Positions 35,634 to 47,763 of a DNA stretch of 64,000 bases are shown in pieces (position 1 is the first letter of the stretch; every line of letters starts with the position of its first letter). Made by a program: the position numbers and the translations under genes. The notes beneath the pieces are model-generated. The model saw only the letters and a list, made by a program, of their open reading frames with translations. It was not told the DNA's origin and did no database searches. Origin of the DNA: Podarcis vaucheri (lineage: Eukaryota); the NCBI GenBank assembly GCA_965113315.1, contig OZ220365.1. One strand, written 5' to 3'.

Positions 35634-36741
35634 GTAGTCAACAGTTTGAGTTATGGTGCTGGCTGTAGTATATATGCTTTTCTGAATCTTGCATGGTTTT
35701 GGAATTTTGTATGAATACTAAAAACAAAAACAAAAATCCTCACCGAATTGTGTGTATCACACAAAGAAAATCAGAACTAAATGAATGACAGCTTTCAATC
35801 GGTTTGTGGAATTAGAATTATAGCTGAATGTCTATAAATGGACAAGTGGAAAGTTGTATATGAACAGGCTTTTATACCTTGTGTCTTGCATGAACTAAGA
35901 GCATAGAATCATAACATCACTTAACCCTTCTTTTTAAAAGCCATACTTTGAATTCTGTCAAACGTCTGTACTTCAGAAACATGACACCACGTGGAAGTTC
36001 CATAGCCTCTCTACTCTTCTATATGCTCTCCGATAAGTATTTCAGGAAGTATGCCATATTTCCGAAGTTCATTAAATTTCAACTGGGTACATCGTTTGGA
36101 GTTTATAGTCACATTAACTGTGAGATAATACTTTAAGATCTATTACGTTTGACACTGCCTTTGGAAGGCATTACAAAATGCCTGAGAGTATATGCAAAGA
36201 AAGACTATTCTGCACATACTTCTTAAATGTTGTTCCCAATGGATGACTTTTAATACAACACAGTTGCAGTGCATTTAAGTAGCTACAATACTTGATCCTT
36301 ATGTGTTTGGGTGTCTATGTAAAAGTGCTGTATGCTGTAAACATGAATAGCATGTGTGTTTTTGTACCACATACTGTTTTCTCCATATATGCTAACTTCT
36401 CACAAAGCACATAGATAGCATGACAGTTTGCCTTTCAGGTACGTGTCTTTTTTGCTCACTATGCGGTCATCTACTATTTTATCTTCCACTAACCCTCTTG
36501 ATGTATGCAGAGCATAGACTTTTGGTTTACCGATGCATGTTGTGTTTCAATCTTTTATCACACCGTGTGCTGTTGAATCACTGACATCACTTCTGCATTG
36601 AACTGCTAACATTCACAGTTTGGGTGGAACTCTGGTAAGTAAGTGACTTTATATTGTACATCTATCATATTAAAATTCAAAGTTTTAATCATTTACCATT
36701 CATAAAATGCTGACAATTCTTATTTTTATACTCACTTTTAG

Positions 36742-39700
36742 GAGGATAAAGTCATAGCTGGCATTATTGATCAAACAACTGGAGAGATGTTTTCAGTCTT
36801 GCAATCAATTTATAAAGGCCTCATTGACTATGACACTGGAATTCAGTTACTTCAGAGCCAGCTCATTTTATCAGATATAATTTCACCAGCCCTGGGAAGA
36901 AGTTTTGACCTTGAAGAAGCCAAAGCCCATGAACTTGTCGATGACCAAGCTGTATTGCAACTACAAGGTTTACAGAATGCTAAGATGGTCATTTCAGGAT
37001 TGCAATCAGCAGCACTCCCAGTTGTAGCTGCTTTCGAACAGGGTTTAATTTCAGAACCTCTTGCTATTAAAATTCTTGAGATTCAGCTTTCCAGAGGACA
37101 CCTAATGATACCAGCCACGGGAGAACAGCTGACTTTGCACAGAGCTTTTCAGAAGAATCTGATCTCTGCAGCATTATACACTAAACTCCTGGAAAGACGT
37201 GACATGAGCAAAGACCTTATTGACCCCAACACTGCAGAGAAGATAACCCTTGAGGAATTGCTTGAAAGAACTGTAGTACATAGAGAAACAGGCTTGAGGC
37301 TCTTGCCTGTGACCCCTCAAGAAAGAGGCAAAATAACACTAAAATGTGGAAGGAAGATAACTATTTTGAGAGCAGCTCATGAAGGACTCATAGAGAAGGA
37401 GACCATGTTCAGGCTATTAGGTGCCCAGCTGCTTTCTGGCGGCATAATTCATCCTGATACAGGACACAGAATGACTGTTGAAGAAGCAATGAGAGAAGGG
37501 GTTATTGACCAGGATGCTGCTTGTGCTATTTTGACTCATCAGCTTCAGACAGGTGGGATCTTGTGTCAAAATTCATCAAAACGTTTGTCTGTAGATGAAG
37601 CTGTGCAGTGCAACCTGATCTCTTCTAGTAGTGCCTTGCTGGTACTACAGGCACAACGAGGCTTCATTGGACTCATCTGGCCACATAGTGGGGAAATATT
37701 TCCTGTATCTACATCTTTGCATCAAGGCATGATCACTAATGAGCAGGCCTGCAAAATTCTAAAGGGGCGGCAAAAAATAGCAGCACTCTATATTCCAGAA
37801 ACTTGTGAAGTGATCAGCCTGGATGACGCAGCCCAGCAGGGAGTCATAGAAAGCAACACTTCATCAATTTTGAATAGTGTTACCCTACCTGATGAAATGC
37901 CTAATGTGGAAGATATACCATTGCCTTTGAAAAAAGCGGCAAGATGGCTCTCGTCTTGTGAACTCCAGGCATCCAACCAACATGCTGATGGAAAGGATGT
38001 AAACACTTCTGACACCAGTGAGCCCATACCTTGCCACTCGGAACAAACTCAAAAGCTATTCATGTCTTACCTAATGATAAATAGTTGTATGGATGCAAAC
38101 ACCGGACAGAGGCTTTTGTTGCATTGTGGTGACTTAAATGAAACAGTCAGCCTGTTAATGGGTGGCAGTCGTTCTGAAAATAATACAAATGAGACTGAGG
38201 GGCAATTGTGTTTAAACACAAAAGCACAACATATTGAGCAACAGCCCAAAGGGGCAATGTTTAGTGATATCACTAGCAATGTTTCAGAACAAGATACAAG
38301 TATTCAAAATATATCCAGCAGCAATAAGAGGGAGGCATTTTGTAAAGATCACCAGAAGGACATAGTCTCAGGGAGAAATGGTTTTCATATTGTGGCTCGT
38401 GCTTCAGAGCAGTCAGAATGTGTCACGAATAGATCTGGAAAGGAAATCAATCCAGGTCAAAATCTTGAAAAAGAAAATGCACTTGGAAGTTTACTGAAAC
38501 TTCCAGAACAAATGCCAGTGGAAGTGTATGAAAATTTAACTGACCAAGCAAACGCTGAAAATGCTGAAATGAAAACATCTGTTTCAAACTGTTCACAAGG
38601 ACACCTTCCTCCAATAGTAAATGAAGATAACATTTGCATAGTAGAGGGGGAGAACATTAAGGGGAGTGAAAACGACTCCCCAGGCATCTTCAGTAGTGTT
38701 TTGGATGCAAATTATTCTTCAGCTATTAGGAAAGATGAGAAAGCTCAAGCAAGCACTAACGTTTCACATCTCATGGACAACAGCCTGCAAAAATGCATGC
38801 CTCAGGTTTTGCAGATTGAAGAAGGCATTATGCTAATGAAGAACAATGAGGTGAAAGATGAGGTAAAAGATGACTTTCAGGATAGTTTATACACTAGTAT
38901 AGAACCTGACCAAAAATGTTTAAATGAACGCACTAAGAAAGAATTAGAGACTTGTAATGAGAGTGGAGTATTGCAAGCGGAAACAAATGTCACCCCAATA
39001 TTGCATAACGATGATAGGAATGGCAAGTTGCCATTAGAAGACCACTCCATAATGCATGGTGCATGTCTTCATATGAATGATAGGCCACCACGAGAAGACA
39101 TTACAGATAGCTATGGCAATTCACAATTGGAAGACCATGCTAATAAATTTGCTGGCTGTCTATTGGAAAACTACACCAGCATACAAGATGCATTACCATT
39201 GGAAACTAGAGTGCATACACATGGCAGTCAGTTACTGGAAGATTGCACCAATAACTATAGCATGTCAGCCCTAGAAAATACTTCTAATGGTGATTCCCTC
39301 CTGGAAGACACTGCAAATTTGATCCATGGATTATTACAGGAAGAACAGACTGAAAGTGGGCAACCTGTAGAAAATCAGATGAATATCAGTGATGGAGAAC
39401 AACCCATAGATAAGGCTAATATATGTAGTGTATCTTTGCTTTATGACCATACCAGTTCTGATGGCATTGCACTGTTGGAATATCATACTGTAGATAAATA
39501 TATTGGACCAATTCAGAGAAACGGTGCTATTACTCATGCTGGATGTCCACTCAAGGATTCCATTGATACAAATGCTGGGCTCCCAGTAGAAGGCACTACT
39601 GACACTCTTGATGGATCATCCATTAAAATCAATACTGATAGTGAGTCCACATCACCTCTGGAAGTCAGTGCTAGTATGAAGCATGATGAACCACCTGTGA

Positions 39701-42408
39701 ATGACAGCAAGTCAACATTTGAATGTGGCTCGCTAGTTCTGGAAGGCAAGCAATCTGAGCTGTTGCATAAAAGAGAACATAGTACTCAGTCAGAAGATCC
39801 TTGTGATCCAACTCAACATAAAGATCGCAGTGAAACCTGTGATGCTCCACAAATTGATCATAACAATGGTACAGTTTGTAGCTCAGACAGAATAAACAAA
39901 GGTGACTCCTCTGTTGTTAAAGAAGATGCTACTCCAGAGCTCGTCCACAGTGCAGTAGCCATCAATGGAGTAGCAGACGAGTTGCAAGAAAAAGCAAAAT
40001 CTTCCACGGGCAACCTAAGTAAGGAAGAAGAATGCATTCTGTGCTTTAGTGAAACAAGTGACTCTGATACACTTGAAATTATAAATATGGCAGCATTCAA
40101 TGCAAGGCTACTAGGCACAATTCTAGAAGACAAAGCAGAAAGCAGTAGAGATATAGAAAATAATGGTCAGAAAAAAGAAAGGGAAGAAAGTAAAGAGATT
40201 GACAGCTCCCTGGAAAAGTTAGATGAAGCTAAAATGCAAAGGGGTGAGCACAAGGGCATTAAAACGAAAGAAGATGACTCTGAGAGTGAACATGAAAGCA
40301 TATGTATGGATAATGACAGTGATGATGATGGCAGTGGCAATAGTGATGAGAATGGCAGTAGCGATAATGGTGATAGTGACAGTGGGGATGATTTTGAAGG
40401 TTATGATTATGTGGATTTTGATTATGATACTTACGAAGAGACAGATTATGAAGATGAAGAGGTATTGGAAATGCATTACTCTCAGTGCCATGATAAAAAC
40501 ATTGGGGTCCGGGTGTCTGCACTTTCAGAGGCAACAGGAAACAATGGTTTACGGTGCCCTGAAAGCTACAGTGCTGATGAATATCAAAATTTAGCTGATG
40601 TTGTTAAAGAAAACATTCAGGACCTACCATGTAAAAGTAAAGAGGGAAGCCAGCAAGAAACAGAACAGGCTTCTGACCCTTTCATGCAAGACAACCTTGC
40701 ATTACAGAACAGTCAAACCTCCCAATTAAGCGTAAACAATGGTGCAACATCAGAAGGCGCAATTGGAACAGAAAATATTAGTGCCAAGTCTGATATACCT
40801 TCTCAAAGAAACTTACATGCTGAACACAGGGAAGCTAAAATTACTGATGATATATCAATGCCATGTTTGAATTGTGAGAAAAGACAAGAAGTAGATAATG
40901 GAAAACAAGCATCTACCAGTATGCCACATAGTCAAGTAGAAATTGGTGCGCTGAAACAATATAAAAATGGAGTGTGCCTTCTGAAGGAAGATCATATCCA
41001 GGAATCAAGTGGAAGCCTTAGGGAGCCTTATTCATCAGTTATTAAAAATGGTTATGAAATTACTGCCTCATATGATGAAAAAATAAGTATTGCTCAAACT
41101 TCAAATAAGCCCACATTGGTTACAGACTCCAATGACATTGCTAAAGATGAATCAGTGCACTGTGTAGAGGGGTTTGACCTCTCTACTTATTTAAAGCAAA
41201 GTGCGAAAGATATAATGGCCAAGGATATCTTAGCAATGAGAGAGAATGGTTCATCTTACCTAAAGGAAGGTGAAAGAGACAGTGAAGAGAATAGAGAGGA
41301 ACTAGTGGTATCAGGAAGTGGAAACTGCGAGGGAAAACAGCACCTAAAAGAATTGCACCCCAAACAACAGCTGTTTCCTGCATCAGTTGTATCAGAACCT
41401 ACAAGAGATAAAGTTAGTAAAGAGGCTAGTGCTCATTCCAAGGTGTATCATAATGAAAGCTACAAATGTGATTTCAACAATATGGAGCGTGTTGAAGCTA
41501 TTGGAAAAGTAGGGAGCAAGGCTGATGAAACAGCTTCTGGAGAAGATACATGTGTAATTGGATCTTCTTCTAGTACTTTAGACACCAGAGATAGCCAGAA
41601 TAGCTATGAGCAGAAAGCACATGAAGCAGAGGTCACTCAAAACAGTAGTTTGGGGAAGCCTACGGAAGATGACATTCTAGACCATGAGCCTACTTTCTCT
41701 CAAAATGGCATCCAGATAAAAATGCAACAATCACTAAAAGATGTGATGCTTTCTAATTCTGCCCCAGTCAATGATCAGGAAGTTGTTTTTCCTGAAGTGC
41801 CTCCCACATTACCTGAAAGCTTAACGAAAATACTTAAAGGAAAAATAAAAGATGTTTACTGCAAGCAGGAAGAGGAACCTTTAAGTTATATTGGCACAAA
41901 AGCTTTAATGCAAAATTTACTTAAAATGGTTGATAGCACACACTGGAAAAACGAGGACCCTACCAAATCTGCTGTCCAACATACAAGTGAGGATACTAGA
42001 AGTGCCTCAGTGGCTGCTTCGTTGTGCATACATGCAAACGAACCTAATTCTACCCCACCTATTTGGCTTGATAATAGAAGTCCTGATCTCCTCCTCGATA
42101 TACTGAAACAAGACCATTGCAGTCAAAGAAATGAGAACACCTGTGAGACAAGGGACATGAAGGCCCAGGCAGAAAGAGAACAGGAGAAAAACGCTTCTCA
42201 GAATGACCATGCGTTTCCCATCTCAAGAGAAACTACAAGTTCATCAGGATTAAAAGCAGAAACTGCTGGAGAGAGTACTGAAGCATTCAGTAAGGCTCTT
42301 GGTTTGAAAGGATACCCTCAGCCCGAGAAGCCATACCAGCAACCAAAAAGCTTCTCTGAAACCTTGGAAACAGAGGACTCTGGACCAAGACCTGATTCAA
42401 AGAGCATG
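36742..42408 (+). CDS. DST: BPAG1b-type giant exon (1889 codons): central plectin-repeat domain followed by long low-complexity linker
   Basis: ttttag|GAG GAT AAA GTC ATA GCT GGC ... ATG|gtgag; plectin repeats (LLGAQLLSGGIIHP, GLIWPHSGEIFP) match remembered human BPAG1b. Confidence 0.95.
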
Positions 42409-42730
42409 GTGAGTAGCAACTTACAATTTTTGTCTTAAGTAAAGACACGTAAAACAAATGAAAAATTTATTTAGTTCATTTTGGTGCTTGTGCTTGTTAG
42501 CTTAATCAAAACATGGCACCTATATTACCAGTATGCACTGAATCACCTATCACAAGGAATTGAATGTCCTCTGGTTAACATCATAGTAGAATCACAGATG
42601 AACATTTAAATTGCATCTCTAGGCATATTTTTTTAAAGAAACACACACCATCCTTTTTGTTTTTAAAAGTGTTTTTCTGCTACTGTGTTGATAAGTTCTA
42701 GTTATACTAAAATGACAATAATATTTTCAG

Positions 42731-42865
42731 AAGCAATGCTCTTGGTACTTGGAGAATATGAGGAGACATTTGACAGTGGTTCAAGATATGAAATTTCTCT
42801 TGGATGACCTGCAGCCCATCAGTAATGACCTGGAAGACCTAAAAATACAACTTGAGCAGTTAGAG
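42731..42865 (+). CDS. DST: BPAG1b-block exon (KQCSWYLENMRRHLTVVQDMKFLLDDLQPISNDLEDLKIQLEQLE)
   Basis: cag|AAG ... GAG|gtaag; 135 bp, open frame, phase 0/0. Confidence 0.9.
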
Positions 42866-43799
42866 GTAAGCTTCTTATCTGTAGAGAGAAAGCGAGGTTA
42901 AATAGTGAGGTCAGGTGTCATTAGTACTAAGTCTCTTTATGTGCTGATCTTCCATGCAAAATAATATATTCAAGGTAGCTCATAAGACCCTCAAAACACA
43001 AGTCATCAGAATAAGAGTATAGTTAAATATGTATTATCTTTCATAAATATGCTAAATCTATTTGACAAATCATAAAAAATATACTTAACATTAGCCAGTG
43101 ATCATCACCCCACATTTCTCTCACCGAAAGGCACAGAAATGTGCACCCATTTGTCATCTAATACAAATCAATGGAACGGCACACTCTTGAGTCCTTTCCC
43201 CACCGATCCCATTTACGGGCTTGGGCTACACATTACACTCTCTCCATGGGTGATTCTCTCTCTATGGTGCATGCATTTTGTAGTCCATTCCTGCTAATTT
43301 GTAGGAGGAAGAGAGAAGAGAGCATGATGAGCCTGGCCACAATGTCTAAAGTTAAGGTATCCCTGGATAGATGGATGCTGAGATGAAGGAAAGGGGTGGT
43401 GCAGCAGTGGTTGGAGGAAGAGCTATTGCCATAGTATGGAAAATGATATGAGCAGTGTGGCAGGTGAGTGGGGAATGAGAGATAGCAAAATAAAGAGATG
43501 TGTATCTTGGGTTCTAGGGTTAATTTATCTCATTTGTGTGGCCATTTCCCAAGGTTCCCAGGGCAATTTTAGGTGGGGTGACCCCATTTTATTCTTGCAT
43601 CAGCCCTGTGAGGTGGCTAGTGACTTGTTGAGTGCCCATGAACAGCATGGCTGGGTGGGGATTTCAGGTCTCCCAGCCATCTCTAGGACTAATGGTGCTT
43701 CTCCCTAAAATGCAGAAGTTTCTTTTTCTGTCTTGCACGCAGTGCTACTAGTTTTAGGCAAGACCTTAATGCACCTCATCTGTATTTATTTTTTTGTAG

Positions 43800-44015
43800 T
43801 CATTTGAATCAGGGCTTGCTGGCTTTGCTGTTACTCTACGAAAAGATATGAAGTTAGCAGAAGAGTTTCTAAAATTTCAGCACAAGGATGTTCCCAGAGC
43901 ACAGCTTGTGGATCTAAAAGAAAGCTATGAATGTTTGGAGAAGGATTTCTTTGGGGTCTGCGAAATGTCTTCAAATCGAGCAAAGCAAATAGTCTTGGCA
44001 GTAGACTCTGAAATG
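43800..44015 (+). CDS. DST: BPAG1b-block exon (SFESGLAGFAVTLRKDMKLAEEFLK...QIVLAVDSEM)
   Basis: tag|TCA ... ATG|gtagg; 216 bp; LRKDMKLAEEFLK matches remembered human DST. Confidence 0.92.
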
Positions 44016-44960
44016 GTAGGTTCATAGCCCACATCTATTTTACTTCTATAGATTTTTAACCTATCCAACTCCAAACATAGATTTAGTTCAACCATTTTAA
44101 ACAAAACCAAGTGTAAAATGCAAATAAGTATTGTAAAATGGTTTTGCATACGTGGTGACAAATTTATTGCCTGATACTAGCTAGCTGGAACCCATGCTCT
44201 AAAAGTTTGTTCACAATGAATGATCACTTGCAGCACAATCCTGTGCGTGCCTTCTGTGTTCATTAGGGCTTATTTGTAGGAAAGTGTGTGTAGGATTGCA
44301 GATGCATTCCTTCTGAATCACAGTGAATACAAAAACTTGTGCATCCTTTGATTACTTGAACATAAAATGATGATGATGTGCATGTGTGATTCAGTGATCA
44401 TAGATCAGCACCGCAGGCAAGAGCTTTCTCAAACAATTCATTTTAATGTTTTCATGTTCAGTTGTGTATCCATTGATTGTGGTGGTGGTAGTAGTAGTAG
44501 TAGACTTATAACCCACCCTGCACTAAATGGTCTCAGAGCACATTACAAAAATACCAACCTAAATTGATAAGCGTGTGTACATGAATTTGTTCTTAGTCTC
44601 AATATTTAGTGAGTTTTGAAAGAAAAGGAGTTCCATTATTGTGAAATGGTAACTGGGATTGGAAAGAATTTGCTCTCTCCTAAAGAATTTTTGTTAGATA
44701 AGTGATATAAACCCTTTTGCCCCTTGTTGGAGTGTCAGAATTAAATAGACTTTGCATATGCAAATGGTATCATCAGCAAAGTGTTCTTGTAGATCTAAAA
44801 TATGCCACGTATATAGTGGGAAAAGTATCTCCTTATTTTTCCAATTATGTCAGTAGCTTTGTTTCACTGTCATCTAACTGAAATCTTTTGGTTTGGTTTT
44901 CATTTTAGTTTGGTTTAGGTCTGTTGTCGGACAAATATCTTATTTGAACTTCTTTTCTAG

Positions 44961-45107
44961 GCTAAACTTTCAGTGCTTCATCAGAAACATCTAGTCAAGC
45001 TTCAGGAGTTTACAGGTTGGATTGAGGAGAAGAGTGAAATAATGAATAATCTCAAAGTGGATACAAGTGATATAGAAGATGTGAAGCAAAGGTTTCAGTT
45101 AATCAAG
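44961..45107 (+). CDS. DST: BPAG1b-block exon (AKLSVLHQKHLVKLQEFTGWIEEKS...KQRFQLIK) with GC donor
   Basis: tag|GCT; ends AAG|gcatgt (GC-AG intron inferred from phase and homologous length). Confidence 0.8.
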
Positions 45108-45941
45108 GCATGTATCACTTGGTGCCTAATCTGTCAGTGACTGTTAACTTCTAGATATGATGTTTTGTAGGTGATCTCCACTCTGATTCAGTACTAGTTA
45201 CCGATAACCTACATGTTCAAAAGAAGTGATAGTTTGGGTGATTATTGCTAGTTCGGATAGGCAGTCAGGATTTCTGCAAGTAACACTCATATAGTTTTAA
45301 CAGAATGGTTACATAAGCTCTAAATATCAATAGTAGAAAGTAATTCTTCCTTGAGGTTGGTGCTAGGCTCAACATCAGAAAATGCTGTCAGTAAGTTTAT
45401 GATTTAACTCATTATCAGTCACATATTTTGCACATATGGCCACCAAGACTGTAGCAAACACAGCCTCAGTGTAATTCCCTTCAGTGCAATGATCAAAAAT
45501 AAATGGTGGTTTCAGCAGAAGACTTGAACAACAACTTCTGCTGACACAATGGAGTTTTCCTCCTCTGCTCCCCAACATTACACTTACCATTATGTAGATC
45601 TGATGTTGCGAGTCAATGAATTTGAGGAAGGCTCAACAAACCTAAACGTCTAGTAGTATTCTTTAATAGACTCTGGATTATGAACTGATAGAGTGAATTC
45701 CATATCAGATATTTGAATTATTTAAAAAAACCAGTGAGTGAGCTTAACCTTTTATCAAATGATAGGGCAGGCTTCCTCAATCTGGTGGCCTCTAGATGAT
45801 TTGTAACAATTCCTATTGGCCCATAACCATGCTGACTGAGGCTTATGGAAGCTGCATGCCAAAACATCTTGAGAGAACCAGGTTGGGAAAAGCTGTTACA
45901 GGGGTTTTTTATGCTAACTATTTTTATTACTTAATTTGCAG

Positions 45942-46175
45942 GACCTGGAAAAAGAGTTTGAATGTACAAAAATGCAGTTGGAATCCACAGCACTTGATAT
46001 TCAGTTCTTCATTTCTGAGCATGCCCAAGATCTTTCCCCAAACCAGAGCAAGCAGCTCTTGAGGCACTTGAATACCACACAGAAGCGCTTCCAGGAAATG
46101 CAAGAGACAATAAGATCCCAAGTCGACCATTTTGAAACTCTCTTACAGACAGAACAAGTTCTTGTTGACCAGAAG
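45942..46175 (+). CDS. DST: BPAG1b-block exon ([41 protein letters not shown]...DQK)
   Basis: cag|GAC ... AAG|gtttg; 234 bp. Confidence 0.93.
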
Positions 46176-46676
46176 GTTTGCTTCTGTGTGTGATTGTGTG
46201 CTTAGCATGACACCGAACCCAAGTGGAGACGTGAAAAAATGTTGAAGTGCAGAAACTGTACTCTAGCTGAGATCGAAAGCAAAAGAATACAGTGTGCCTA
46301 TCCTTCAGAATTCTAGAAGCACATGATAAATGTTTGAGGGACCAGTTGTGTGCTTCCTTCAACAGCAAGTTTTGTTTCAACAGCAATATATAGAAATGAT
46401 AAAATGCTTTACCCAACAGTGGGTAATGATTTGACTTTGACTTTAAAGCTGAGTCATAAAGCTGAGGTAGCAGACCTAGGACTGCATGTTAGACTTTGGG
46501 TATCTGTTGAAGAAGGATGCTTTGTCATCTAGTCTGTGCCAGGAAGCAACAATGGATGCTTCTGTGATTTGGGGAAATCACTCTGCGACTTGTGTGCTGC
46601 CCTTTTGTGGGTGAAATAGCCACAGGTGCTTGTTCTGCGTCTCGAGGACCTTCTAAGAGGTCTGATCACTCTAGCA

Positions 46677-46768
46677 CTGGTGTGGGGAACCTTTGGCCTC
46701 CAGATATTGATGAACTAAAACTGCTGGAGTTCAGCAACATCTGGAGGGCCAAAGGTTCCCTACATCTG
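46677..46768. mobile_element. 92-bp palindromic hAT-type MITE
   Basis: GGGAACCTTTGGCCTCCAGAT / ATCTGGAGGGCCAAAGGTTCCC inverted arms; 8-bp TSD ctctagca/ctctagtg. Confidence 0.8.
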
Positions 46769-46856
46769 CTCTAGTGTATGGAAGATAATATACTCAAGAG
46801 CATTGGGAATTTGTTAGCAGTAGGGAATAACAGGGAAAAAGAAAGAAGCAGAGTTC

Positions 46857-47030
46857 TACAGTAAGAGCTGTTTGACAGTGGAACAAACGCCCTCGAGAGG
46901 TTGTGGACTCTCCTTCCTTGGAGGTTTTTAAACAGAGGTTGATTGGCTATCTGTCCTGGACACTTCAGTTGAGATTCCTGCATTGCAGGGGGTTGGACTA
47001 GATGACCCTTGGGGTCCCTCTATGATTATT
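46857..47030 (+). mobile_element. CR1 LINE 3' end fragment
   Basis: ACAGTAAGAGCTGTT...GTGGACTCTCCTTCCTTGGAGGTTTTTAAACAGAGG...GGGGGTTGGACTAGATGACC...CTATGATT, the typical CR1 ORF2 end and 3'UTR. Confidence 0.85.
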
Positions 47031-47610
47031 AGTCTGCAAGCACCAAACAAGATTAACTTTGAAGGACAATTTCTTTTTTAATCAGTTGAGGGAGATGGGA
47101 GAGTCTTCAGCCCAGGAAATGCAGGATTTTAAAAATATGCTTAATAGGGATGAAAGTACCGTTAAGAACAATGAGTGCCATTGCATGTCTGCTTCTGTAT
47201 TGCTTAAAACACAACAGCATTTTATATGCGGGTAATATTACATGTACCAACTGATCTAACACATAGTTTTCGACTAACCTTTGTTTTGCCATCCCCTTTT
47301 CAGAATTAATACCTGTCTGTTACAGGTTTCAAGCCATTCAGAGATTTGGATTTTCACACGCATAATGCATGGCCAGACTTCTGCTGGGCGGTTCCATCCA
47401 AAACCTGGTCTCTTTACTTACAGCATTTGTGAGGTTTATCTCATACCTTCTATATTCAGCTTCTTTAAACTGTGTGCAGCTGCTATCATGTTTACAGCAT
47501 ACTCTCAGAAATAGTGTCTGATGAAAGCTTTGAAATTTGGTTGTTTGAACATTAACCTCTACGAGAGCCTCTGAGCATTTCTATTCAGGTTTCTTCTTAT
47601 TCTAAATTAG

Positions 47611-47763
47611 GACTTGGCAGACCAGCACCAGGATTTCACAGAAAAATTACAGGATATATGTGACCTTCTCACACAGACGGAAAACCAGCTCATCGGCCAC
47701 AAAGAAGCACTTGCTATTGAAGATACCAAGGCAGAGTTGCAGCAATACCAGATCAAACAAGAG
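47611..47763 (+). CDS. DST: Spectrin-rod exon (DLADQHQDFTEKLQDICDLLTQTENQLIGHKE...KQE)
   Basis: tag|GAC ... GAG|gtaca; 153 bp; phase 0 allows a direct join from 35633 (isoform a). Confidence 0.93.

Noticed and set aside
23433-42210. Many - strand ORFs opposite the large DST exons
   Set aside because: Antisense shadows of E/K/Q- and S/D-rich coding sequence.
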